From contig NC_090603.1 of the NCBI RefSeq assembly GCF_000497125.1, positions 930,001-994,000 of the forward strand: 64,000 nucleotides of DNA, given 5' to 3'. Below are positions 53,896 through 64,000 of the stretch, in pieces. Origin of the DNA: Spironucleus salmonicida (taxonomy: Eukaryota). The notes beneath the pieces are model-generated. The model made no database searches. It worked only from the letters and a program-made list of their open reading frames with translations, and was not told the origin of the DNA. Within the stretch, counting starts at the first letter, position 1; each line of letters starts with the position of its first letter. A program made the position numbers and the translations under genes.

Positions 53896-54321
53896 TCATA
53901 AAACATCATCCAGTTTCAAAGCTAGACCTCTGTCTGCGTTTCTTTATTCCATACCTACAATACTTGATTAAAGACCTGCAAAGTTAATAGTTGGATCTTA
54001 TAAATTTGGTTAATCTAGGTTTCCAAAAGTAAGAGTTGGTGTTCCATATAGTAAAGGGCCTAATTCTGCTAAGGCATATTGCATATTGATCGTAGGTGAA
54101 TTAACAACTTATTAAGATATATTTTATTTTGATAGAGGGTTTTCAAAATCAGTTCTAAGGATTTCCCTACCATATTAATTGCTTCTAATGTCTCTTAACC
54201 GTAATTCCTCAAATTGATATTCCACATATCCATTTTAAAAATCTTAGAAGATTATATCTTTATCATTAAAACTAAGCTATTCAAAAGGTCGGTTTTTAGG
54301 ATCAGCAATAGGAATAGGCAT
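53896..54321 (-). CDS. Small protein with a GLEBS-like motif, 141 aa
   Basis: Open ATG to TGA; contains EQLSFNDKDIIF...EYQFEELRLRD. Confidence 0.6.
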
Positions 54322-54753
54322 GCAAAATTTTAGCATAAGATATATTTATGATATAATAATGTAATAATAAATTAATAGTTTGATCATTTATTGAATTTTA
54401 CATTATAATAATTTAAGATGGATATTATTTTGCATTTTTAGAATTATTAATATTAAACAAAATAGTAAATAATTTTTTCAAATAATCATGACTCACATAT
54501 GATAAAAATAATTGAAAATATCAACATCAGATGATTTTAAAAAAAGTGCAACTGTATTCAGTTAACACCTTTATTTATTTGTTATTTGCATCTTGTATAT
54601 TCTACGTTCGGTATTAAAGTATCAAAATTATAGATAAAAGTAACAAATATTTAAAATATTTTTCTTAGAAACTAAATCTACAATAAATAACAAATCATTT
54701 TGTGTTCTTTAAACATTATCAAAAATATCAATTTTTTTCTTAAATTTTTACTA

Positions 54754-55995
54754 TCACATTTAAATTAATAACAATAAAACTTAATCTGGTTACATTTATT
54801 AATTAATACAGCTATTAATAAATTATACAAAAGAATTGTTAACTAAAACCTTATTCTGTTATAAATATTAGTCTAAAATCTTTTATTATTAGATAGAAAA
54901 TAAAATCCTACCAGTAAACATCTCAACTGTAAGTATCTTTAAATCCACAAAACTTTCATGCAGCCTTTCCACGAGATAACAGTTTGGGGTCTAACAATAC
55001 ATGCAGAACACCCCAACTGGGTGCTCGAATATCTCAAACCGTTCGTCGCAATCATAACAACCATATACTGCCTAGTTAGAATAGAAGAAGTACATATCCT
55101 GCAGTTTTTAGAACTAGTATTTATAATCATCTATCTACTCCTCACAGAGCATTGACTTCCTGCAGACAGGGCACTTGATGTCATTCCCCTCCAGTATCAT
55201 CTACTAGCAATGTAAGTGGATACAGTGGGAACACTTGAGCGCTATCTTTGGCTTGTTACTGTTATCGAGGTCCTCTAGACAGCAACAGCAATTTCCATAA
55301 CTTTTCCGGCACTGGTGGTCTGCGAAGTAGTTCATATGATAGCACCAGTTGCATTTATCACAGTAGATAGATTAAGCTTATATACCAATTGCGCACTGGT
55401 TTTGATCCTTTGAATGAAAGATCGGTTTATTCTCATCCCCAAGATCGCAAATCAGCCGGCAGTCCAGACAGCAGTATTTTCCAAACTACAGTCCACACAT
55501 TGTACAATATTAGCTAAATTTCTATACCAAATCACATTATCTACATTTTATCACATTTACATCATAGCGTCTAAATTCATGATCTGTTTCATCCGAATGG
55601 CACATACGGCAACCGAAAAAATCCATACAATCAGGGCATTATTATTCGCAACCACAAATATAGTGTTCACAGCCTATTTAGTTTGAAAGAGAAAATTTTA
55701 AGAAAATTTATTCATCAAAAGGCAATAATGTAAATTCTTTAGAAAATTTTGCATTTTGAAGTTGAAACGGAGTTAAAAACGAATTATAAATTGTTAGTGG
55801 TGAAAAGTGATAAATTTTAGAAAGTTCAGTATCCCAATAAGCAGCTCTATCTTGATCGTAAACATCATAATAATAAGTCTTAAGCGTAATATGTGACAGT
55901 ATATCAGTATTAACGATAGTACCTGGTTATAATTTAAAAATAGTACCAATAATTACTGTGTTATGGTGTCTTGAATTAAAATTATCAATGTTCAT
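54754..55995 (-). CDS. RCHY1: Second CHY-RING (Pirh2/RCHY1-like) protein, 413 aa
   Basis: IGCEHYICGCEQQCPDC..FFGCRMCH, CCCCLEDL...LKCSHCIHLHC...CPVCRKS, GCYDC...CMYCQTPN. Confidence 0.88.
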
Positions 55996-56099
55996 TAATA
56001 TTTAATGATATTTACTATATTTTATGTATAATATATATATTAAAATATTTAACAAATATACTCTAATATAATATAATGTTTCATGTTTTATTTTTAATT

Positions 56100-56315
56100 A
56101 TGAGACCATCGTTATTACGAATCATGCATAGAGCAGTAGATTTCCCTCCACTAACGTCGCCATCTAAATCTATACGCATTAAACGAAGTTATTAACCAGC
56201 TATTTAAAATGATGCAAGATTTGATTTCGACTAAATTTTTGAACATAAATCTGGATTTATAGGTACTATTAAGCGAAGACCAACTGGTAAAATAATAGAT
56301 AGATTATAATGGTGA
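56100..56315 (+). CDS. Small hypothetical protein, 71 aa
   Basis: MRPSLLRIMH...RLQW-TGA; higher GC than the AT-rich flanks. Confidence 0.35.
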
Positions 56316-56416
56316 AGTGGTATATTGCAAATTTTATTAATTATACTTGTACATGTTTATGTGATCGGATATCTGTAAAACATATTATATTATATCTTAT
56401 TTTTAGTATAAGAAAA

Positions 56417-56752
56417 ATGTTCGGAAAAGTCCGCTCACTCAAAGAAATATTCCCTTTTACTATTGATGTGTAAAATGAAACCTATGTCTAAATTGTTTCT
56501 AAAGAAGGAAATAAAAACTATATATCTAAAAGAGCAGCTATTTAATGCCCTATTTTTAAATAAAAATAATAAGATATTTATCACCTAGATTACTCAAATA
56601 AGATTGTTAAAATATTTATTCAGTATCTTTATTACAAGCTCAGATATTCTGCACCAGTTGTTGGAAAAGGAGTAGACATATCTCCCTTTAATGATATTTA
56701 ACCAGAACTTGCTCCTATAATTGCAATGTTAGCTCTCGAAATGTAAGTCTGA
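56417..56752 (+). CDS. ELOC: Elongin C (Skp1/POZ family), 111 aa
   Basis: YVQIVSKEG...ISKRAAIQC, KIFIQYLYYKLRYS, PFNDIQPELAPIIAMLALEMQV. Confidence 0.75.
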
Positions 56753-56809
56753 TATTTAACATTTGCTATTTTACCTGTATTCTTATATATAATTAAATAT
56801 AAATATTAT

Positions 56810-57535
56810 CTCTACCTGATAAGCACCGGGGCGGACCTGCACTAGTTTTAGGGAGGCCAGTTCATACGGCTTGGAATCAGGGGAGAGGGGCACCAGCTGG
56901 ACACAAATATTTATGCCCACCAGATAGATCACTAGCTTTGCCTGAGCCAGATGGACGCTAGTGTTCAGGGCCGTTGGTAGTATGATGTAAGCATCTCACG
57001 AAAGCAGTTTCGCAGGCTTAGTGCTAGAACTGTAGTTGTTAACAACTATATTATGCGTTTCAATGACGACAGTATGTTTGTGATGTAATAATATAAGATG
57101 CCTAGTACTGAGAGGTCCATCGCGATCGAGGGACGGGATGCAGTATTACGATGTGGTTCATATACGGTGAGTAAGACTGAACTGGATATTAGTATTAAGC
57201 AACTTCATAGTGAGGGGCGTGTTCTCCTCATGAATGCTGATCTCTAACTGGTATTGGTTGAGGAAATTGATGATGTTCTGATGGTTACAAAACTCAGGCT
57301 CCCACAAATGATTCCATCTGCGTTCTATATTGCAGAATCATCTGGTGGGCTGGACGTGTTCATTGGGTGCAAGACAGGCGAGATACTTTAGGTCCGGCTA
57401 TCATAGATGCGGAATTTGACTGATATCAAATTTATTTCTACTGATTCTGACTTTGCCGTTCATCTTAGTGTTGTTGGTGGTATGCTGTATTGTTTGAGTG
57501 TGCTAGGCTCTATTCGTTCTTACTCCCTGTAATGA
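56810..57535 (+). pseudogene. 5'-truncated duplicate of the beta-propeller gene's 3' end
   Basis: Identical to the last ~241 codons of 61331-63748 but begins at the repeat edge; the first in-frame ATG is ~140 nt inside. Confidence 0.75.
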
Positions 57536-57618
57536 TAATATTATATGTATATCGGTTTATATTTTTTGACCACTATCGCAAACCATTTTGAATTGAATTC
57601 TTGTTACCACTCCTCGGA

Positions 57619-58209
57619 ATGCAGTTTGTCGTCGATTGCGCTGATCACTTACTCGGTCGCCTCGCCTCTGAGGTAGCCCAGTAGCTCTTAGCTGGCCAGA
57701 AAGTAGTACTCCTCTGCTGCGAAAACGTCAACATCTCTGGTGGCGAATATCGTAACCTCCAGAACTATCTCTGCAAGTTCAACAAGCACTCCAACTACAA
57801 CCATCTCCGTGGTCCCTTCCACTTCCGTACCCCTGCTTATATCGTCCACAAGACCATCCGTGGTATGATACCTCACAAGACTGATCGTGGCACCGCTGCT
57901 ATGGCCAACCTTAAGGTTTTCGAAGGTATCCCTCCCCAGTATGCTAAATGCGAACGCCTCACCATCCCCTCTGCTCTCCGTGAACTTCGCCTCAAACCTA
58001 CCCGCCAGTTCTGCGTTCTCGGTGAGGTCGCTACCAAGCTCGGCTGGAAGCACGCTGAAGATGTCGCACACTTTGAAGACAAACGTATTGCAACTGAAGC
58101 CAAGATGAATGCCGATAAAGCTAGTATTGCTGCCAAAAACAACGCCGTTCTCGCTAAGAATGCTAAATACGTCGAAGTCTCCAAGAAGCTCGCCGAATAC
58201 GGGCTGTGA
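57619..58209 (+). CDS. RPL13A: 60S ribosomal protein uL13 (L13a), copy A, 196 aa
   Basis: VVDCADHLLGRLAS, CENVNISG, RGPFHFRTP, IRGMIPHKTDRG, LKVFEGIPP; strongly biased codon usage. Confidence 0.96.
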
Positions 58210-58221
58210 TTACAGATTTTC

Positions 58222-60609
58222 TCACTTTTCTGATCTCTATGTGGAAAGTAGTACAGCTTCTTTAAAATATTCCTCATTGTTCTTTTCTGTACAAATTTTA
58301 TTTACAAGTGAATCTACAACTATTCCATTTTGCGTACATGTTTCTTCTATTTCTTATGCTGTGATACTAGAATAACTATATCCTTAATTTACACTCAAAT
58401 ATTCTCTCCTTCCCATTGCTGAATCGACTTCTTTTGTTTGCTCACTTACTAGTATATAGAAGTAACCACATTGTCCACTACTTTTCGGTCTTGAAATACG
58501 GCCTATTCTTTGCGTTTCTTATCTTCTACTATTGTCTTACCAGTCAATTTCAATCAATACATTTGCATCAGGTAGATCTAAACTAGTATCCCCTACTCTT
58601 GACAGTAAAAAGCACTAGATTTTTCTTTCTAAAAATGCAGAAACAATTGCTTCTCTTTCTGATTCTACGCACGATCCTGTAATAAACGGTATTCTCAGTA
58701 ACCTAGCATATGTTTATCCCGCAATTACGTTATCACAAAATATTAATATTTAGTCTTACTGTGCTATGTGATAATTTTTAAGTAGAGAACATATTCTAAG
58801 TTTTGCAGGGTTTAATATAGGAATAATAGTTTTGAGCATTGACTTGATATCATTTGATGCAATTTTTTAATCTTTAATTTTTTAAGTTGTAAACTCGCCA
58901 ATAAAATCCTTAATAGAACCCATAGTTGATTTATCTTATTACTATTTCAAAATATCTATCTTAGTTTTTAAAAAGGTATTTGTCTCAGCAATAATGTTAC
59001 CAGATGCTGTATCAGCATTTCTGTATTATTTATAAAAATAACGAGTGATAGGGCAAATAACCTCGGCACAATTAAGTTTTGCAATAAATCCTTACTTACT
59101 TAAATCTGACCAATTTGACTCAAACAATTTTGATCCAATTAAATAAAGATTATCATCAAATGCGGTGTCTTCGCGTAATGGCGTTGCAGTTAGCATAAGT
59201 TTTGAAAAACATTTCAAAAAATTATTTGATCCTACTTTTTCATCGTCTGTTCTGAATAAAGTCTTAAAAGATTTTGCAAAAATACCATGAGCTTCATCAA
59301 ATAAAACGATTCCCCATAAATTCGAGTGTATCAACTATTTGGTCACAATAGAAAACTTACTAGAACTATTAGTAAGCATATTATATGTCGCAATTAATAC
59401 AGTATGATACCCAGGAACAAATACTTCTCTCTTTTTATCTCCAAAAAATGCATCTTCTACATCTGTGGAAAAAACAAATATCCTTTTTTCATCTATAGTA
59501 GTAAATTGCAAAAATTATGACTTCCATTGCTAAGAACTAAGATTTCCATTTGTAACAATTATGCAAGAAGCACCTATTTTACAAGCAGTAGAAATTCCCT
59601 ATAATGATTTTCCAGACCCACAGGGTAAGACTATCATACCTGATTATAATTTAAGATACGGTTCTTATGTTTTAGATTTAATATTTATTTAAGATACAAC
59701 TTTAGTTTGTGAAAGTTATTAATAATTTCTTAACACAGTAGTAGGTTTAAGAGTAGCCTATAGTGCCGCTGGCAAATTTCTATCTCTAAGTTCTAGTGCA
59801 GCATCAAATGCAGTTTTTATTGCTGGATCAACTCCTTCAGCATGCTACTTATTTTAAAGCTACAAATATGATATATAATCATCTCTAATATCCCATTTAA
59901 TAGCTTTTTAAGGGACAAACTAAGCTATTACTGGAAAATTTTATTTTATATATGCTTCTTCAATTACAACATAATAGTTTGCCAAGTATTAGTTTAAAAT
60001 TTTTCTAAAAAGAGTTATATTCTCTATATCTACATATTACTTAATTGGCTTATACGTTTTTTATTTTGTTATTAAATCCTCCGAATTATCATTATGACAT
60101 TCATCGAAAACTTAATCAATATCATCAGTGACACTCATAAATAAAGTTTTAATTTCTTTTATTTTATCTTAAGGTAATAATTTCAATCTTTCTTCAAAAT
60201 CTCGTGGTAATCTTACGATATAACGCATAGAATCAATGATTTAAATTGATATTACTTAATCGGATCCAGATGACAAAAGATTTGTTAATTCAACTGGTAG
60301 GTTTCTATATTTAGAGTGTGTAAGCAAAGTTTCTTTTACTTATTCTGCTGATATCCCTAAAGAAACGGCTGCTTTTAATGATCTATCACTCATTATATAT
60401 TCGTGTATGTACTATGGCCTTGATTAAGGTTCTGCTATTGAAACAATGAAATCAATGATATCAGCATAGTGCTAGTTAAAAGTTTCAACAAGAATAATAA
60501 ATTCTTTAGATTAACTCCTATCCTAAGATTTTACTGATTGAAATATTGTCAATGGGAACATATCATGGTCTTTCTTTAAATCATCAATAGATAGTTAAAC
60601 TTTTTTCAT
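58222..60609 (-). CDS. XPB: TFIIH helicase XPB (Ssl2/ERCC3), 795 aa
   Basis: IAEPQSRPQYIHEY, SGMIVLPCGSGKS, LFDEAH, LTATPLRED, LSRVGDTSLDLPDANV, QETQRIGRISRPK; ends AAG-TGA. Confidence 0.95.
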
Positions 60610-60653
60610 TTAATGAAGTGAAAGTATATATTTAATAATATAAAATATTTAAT

Positions 60654-62058
60654 TAATCAAAGACCGTATTCGGCGAGCTTCTTGGAGACTTCGACGTATT
60701 TAGCATTCTTAGCGAGAACGGCGTTGTTTTTGGCAGCAATACTAGCTTTATCGGCATTCATCTTGGCTTCAGTTGCAATACGTTTGTCTTCAAAGTGTGC
60801 GACATCTTCAGCGTGCTTCCAGCCGAGCTTGGTAGCGACCTCACCGAGAACGCAGAACTGGCGGGTAGGTTTGAGGCGAAGTTCACGGAGAGCAGAGGGG
60901 ATGGTGAGGCGTTCGCATTTAGCATACTGGGGAGGGATACCTTCGAAAACCTTAAGGTTGGCCATAGCAGCGGTGCCACGATCAGTCTTGTGAGGTATCA
61001 TACCACGGATGGTCTTGTGGACGATATAAGCAGGGGTACGGAAGTGGAAGGGACCACGGAGATGGTTGTAGTTGGAGTGCTTGTTGAACTTGCAGAGATA
61101 GTTCTGGAGGTTACGATATTCGCCACCAGAGATGTTGACGTTTTCGCAGCAGAGGAGTACTACTTTCTGGCCAGCTAAGAGCTACTGGGCTACCTCAGAG
61201 GCGAGGCGACCGAGTAAGTGATCAGCGCAATCGACGACAAACTGCATTCCGAGGAGTGGTAACAAGAATTCAATTCAAAATGGTTTGCGATAGTGGTCAA
61301 AAAATATAAACCGATATACATATAATATTATCATTACAGGGAGTAAGAACGAATAGAGCCTAGCACACTCAAACAATACAGCATACCACCAACAACACTA
61401 AGATGAACGGCAAAGTCAGAATCAGTAGAAATAAATTTGATATCAGTCAAATTCCGCATCTATGATAGCCGGACCTAAAGTATCTCGCCTGTCTTGCACC
61501 CAATGAACACGTCCAGCCCACCAGATGATTCTGCAATATAGAACGCAGATGGAATCATTTGTGGGAGCCTGAGTTTTGTAACCATCAGAACATCATCAAT
61601 TTCCTCAACCAATACCAGTTAGAGATCAGCATTCATGAGGAGAACACGCCCCTCACTATGAAGTTGCTTAATACTAATATCCAGTTCAGTCTTACTCACC
61701 GTATATGAACCACATCGTAATACTGCATCCCGTCCCTCGATCGCGATGGACCTCTCAGTACTAGGCATCTTATATTATTACATCACAAACATACTGTCGT
61801 CATTGAAACGCATAATATAGTTGTTAACAACTACAGTTCTAGCACTAAGCCTGCGAAACTGCTTTCGTGAGATGCTTACATCATACTACCAACGGCCCTG
61901 AACACTAGCGTCCATCTGGCTCAGGCAAAGCTAGTGATCTATCTGGTGGGCATAAATATTTGTGTCCAGCTGGTGCCCCTCTCCCCTGATTCCAAGCCGT
62001 ATGAACTGGCCTCCCTAAAACTAGTGCAGGTCCGCCCCGGTGCTTATCAGGTAGAGAT
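60654..62058. repeat. Inverted repeat 2, right arm
   Basis: Reverse complement of 56808-58212. Confidence 0.97.
60657..61247 (-). CDS. RPL13A: 60S ribosomal protein uL13 (L13a), copy B
   Basis: Mirror of 57619-58209; identical protein. Confidence 0.96.
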
Positions 62059-63748
62059 GGTTATCAGATTCGTAAAGTTAAAAGTTACCTTAATAAATTT
62101 CATCAAAACTATTATATGTCATTATGTAAACTGCACCTACTGAGCAAGCAAATATTTAAGATTGAAATACAAATAATTTTATAATGTCATTTGCAAAAAA
62201 TTGGTTAACTAATTCTCCAGTTTATATTGTTAACATATTTCTATTACCTGGTACACTTTCGACTTTTATGGTCTCTAGTTAAGCGAAAAGTTAATCAATT
62301 GATCGCAATATATGAATTAAGTCTATTTTTATCTCTGGGACTTCCGTTAAAACTTCAAATGAAATTTTATATATTTTATCATTTATTTAAATGATATTTT
62401 AGTACAAATATGTAAAATCATCTAAAATAAACCCAAAAATTCCATCGTTAAAAATTTCAATTGATTTTTAATAAAATACTACATTCATACTTTAAAATAT
62501 AGTAAACCCTTTGATTTAATCTATTAAAAAATCGTTTCTTGTTGACTTATAGCATTATATTGCAAAAGCTGATGTTTAAATTTACTGTAGCATATCTACT
62601 GATTCATCATACTGCAGTTGACTAAATGCATTAATTTTATTATTACTGAGAGTGAAGATGCTACCGTTTAATGTAAAAACTGTTTGGTGCTACATTTTTA
62701 TTAATACATTTTGTTTTGTTAATTAAGACACAACAATATCTGATTTAATTAGTATATTTGGTTGACTTTGCAATACCAATGCAAAAATATTTTTATTGGT
62801 TCCACCCACTATTAATGATTCCGTCATAATTTAACCACTAGTTAAAAAATTGTTTTGTATACTATCTTATAGCAAAACAAATTCAGCATTATTTTCTTAA
62901 TCTTGTAATGAAAGAATTAAATCCGTTATATGCATCATACGAACTCCATTCTCAAATAATATTATAAGAAATTTATTAATAAGACAGCAATCTATGCAAT
63001 TGTCAGTATTATCAATTTATTAATTTTTATAGGTTATTTATAGAGAATAATCATAAATTTTTTGATCAGTAGTATCTATTATTAAGTCTCCAGATCCTTA
63101 AAGTTCTACTTTAATAAAAATAAGACTCCCGTTTACTAGTAATACAATAATAATATCTATGAAATATAATAATTTAACTATAACAGAATCAAATTATATA
63201 CTTTATGATTCAAGTTTTGACATCATATCGTGAATTAATATAGATGATTCTAATTACATAAATACTAGATTATTTTTAATCAAACACCCGAGAATATTTG
63301 GAATGTAAAATATAATTTCATTAATCGAAATATGATCTAAATCAATATTAATAAAATATCCATATTAGAAAAAGCTAAGGACAGAAGCAAGCCTATGATA
63401 TTATTCTTATTTTTAATAGTTCAAAATTAAATTATGTCCAATAGATACTAATTCTTCATTTACGTAAAAAATTTTAAAGGGTTATTTATATGAATAATAC
63501 TTTTAAACTTATACAAACTCTTCATTAATCATATAGATATATTTTTAAGTTAATACTGCTAAATATTAATCAGTGGAGTCTACTGATAAGATAGACGAGT
63601 CGAATATTTTTTATTAATTAAATTGTAATAAATTTTAATGAAGTAATACTGAAAATTTTATGCTATATATAAAAATTGTTTTATCTGAAACTAGTAAAAG
63701 TTTGTCTTTAAAAGTTGAAGTTGATGTGAAAAAAGGAATTATGTTCAT
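61331..63748 (-). CDS. Divergent beta-strand-rich, WD40/beta-propeller-like protein, 805 aa
   Basis: Open frame from ATG 63748 to TGA 61333-61331, with repeated short hydrophobic strands and turns (e.g. VFIGCKTGEIL, CLSVLGSIRSY). Confidence 0.65.
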
Positions 63749-63819
63749 CCGAAGAAATATTATCAAAATAATATATAATTAAATATTTTACTAGATTTGA
63801 ATTAGATGTTTATCTATAA

Positions 63820-64000
63820 ATGAACTTTGATTTTTCTTTGATATACAATACTCCAGACTCAAATATGCCAATTCTTTCAACATAATCATTAAATTTGCCA
63901 TACACAATGTCTACTAGTATTTTCAAAATAAAAGATCAGTATCCTGAATTTTTATTAAATGAATTTTAAACTCAAAATTATGATAAAATACTTAGTTACT
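63820..64000 (+). CDS. 5' end of a hypothetical protein (runs off the window)
   Basis: ATG 63820 (MNFDFSLIYNTPDSN...) open to the window end; divergent from the 63748 gene. Confidence 0.5.

Larger units (their letters stand above)
56808..58212. repeat. Inverted repeat 2, left arm (~1.4 kb)
   Basis: Reverse complement of 60654-62058; coordinates sum to 118866. Only two synonymous mismatches seen, in the last uL13 codons (GGG CTG vs GGT CTT). Confidence 0.97.

Noticed and set aside
636-62143. Most ORFs in the supplied track taken as individual genes
   Set aside because: They were computed with TAA/TAG as stops, so they are fragments or antisense shadows of longer table-6 genes.
1-64000. tRNA, rRNA, CRISPR arrays, telomeric repeats, spliceosomal introns
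   Set aside because: None recognised by eye, and all recognised genes except the frameshifted LRR read through without needing an intron. A covariance-model search would be needed to exclude small RNAs.

Overview
Gene-dense, intron-free eukaryotic DNA that uses the TAA/TAG=Gln code with TGA as the only stop. This fits a hexamitid diplomonad (Spironucleus/Hexamita/Trepomonas type; Spironucleus salmonicida-like is my inference). The supplied standard-code ORF track is therefore fragmented, and all CDS below were re-read by hand with translation table 6. Content: USP/UBA protease end, Rad52, ABCA half-transporter, PITP-like protein, NIF phosphatase, amino-acid permease, Snf2+bromodomain ATPase, B9/MKS1-like protein, a ~5020-aa dynein heavy chain with no recognisable P-loops, a frameshifted LRR gene, MATE, two CHY-RING ligases, a giant ADA2, elongin C, uL13 (x2), XPB and a beta-propeller protein. 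There are two near-perfect inverted duplications (arms ~4.5 kb and ~1.4 kb), each around a ~2-2.4 kb unique spacer; at the outer edge of the second, GC content steps up inside an ORF. The most striking gene is 45476-47446: an apparently soluble IRE1/RNase L-type pseudokinase plus KEN ribonuclease with an intact R-N-x3-H motif, fused to a possible degenerate Hsp70-like N-terminal domain and sitting in a GC-rich island. All homology calls are by-eye motif recognition; no searches were run.
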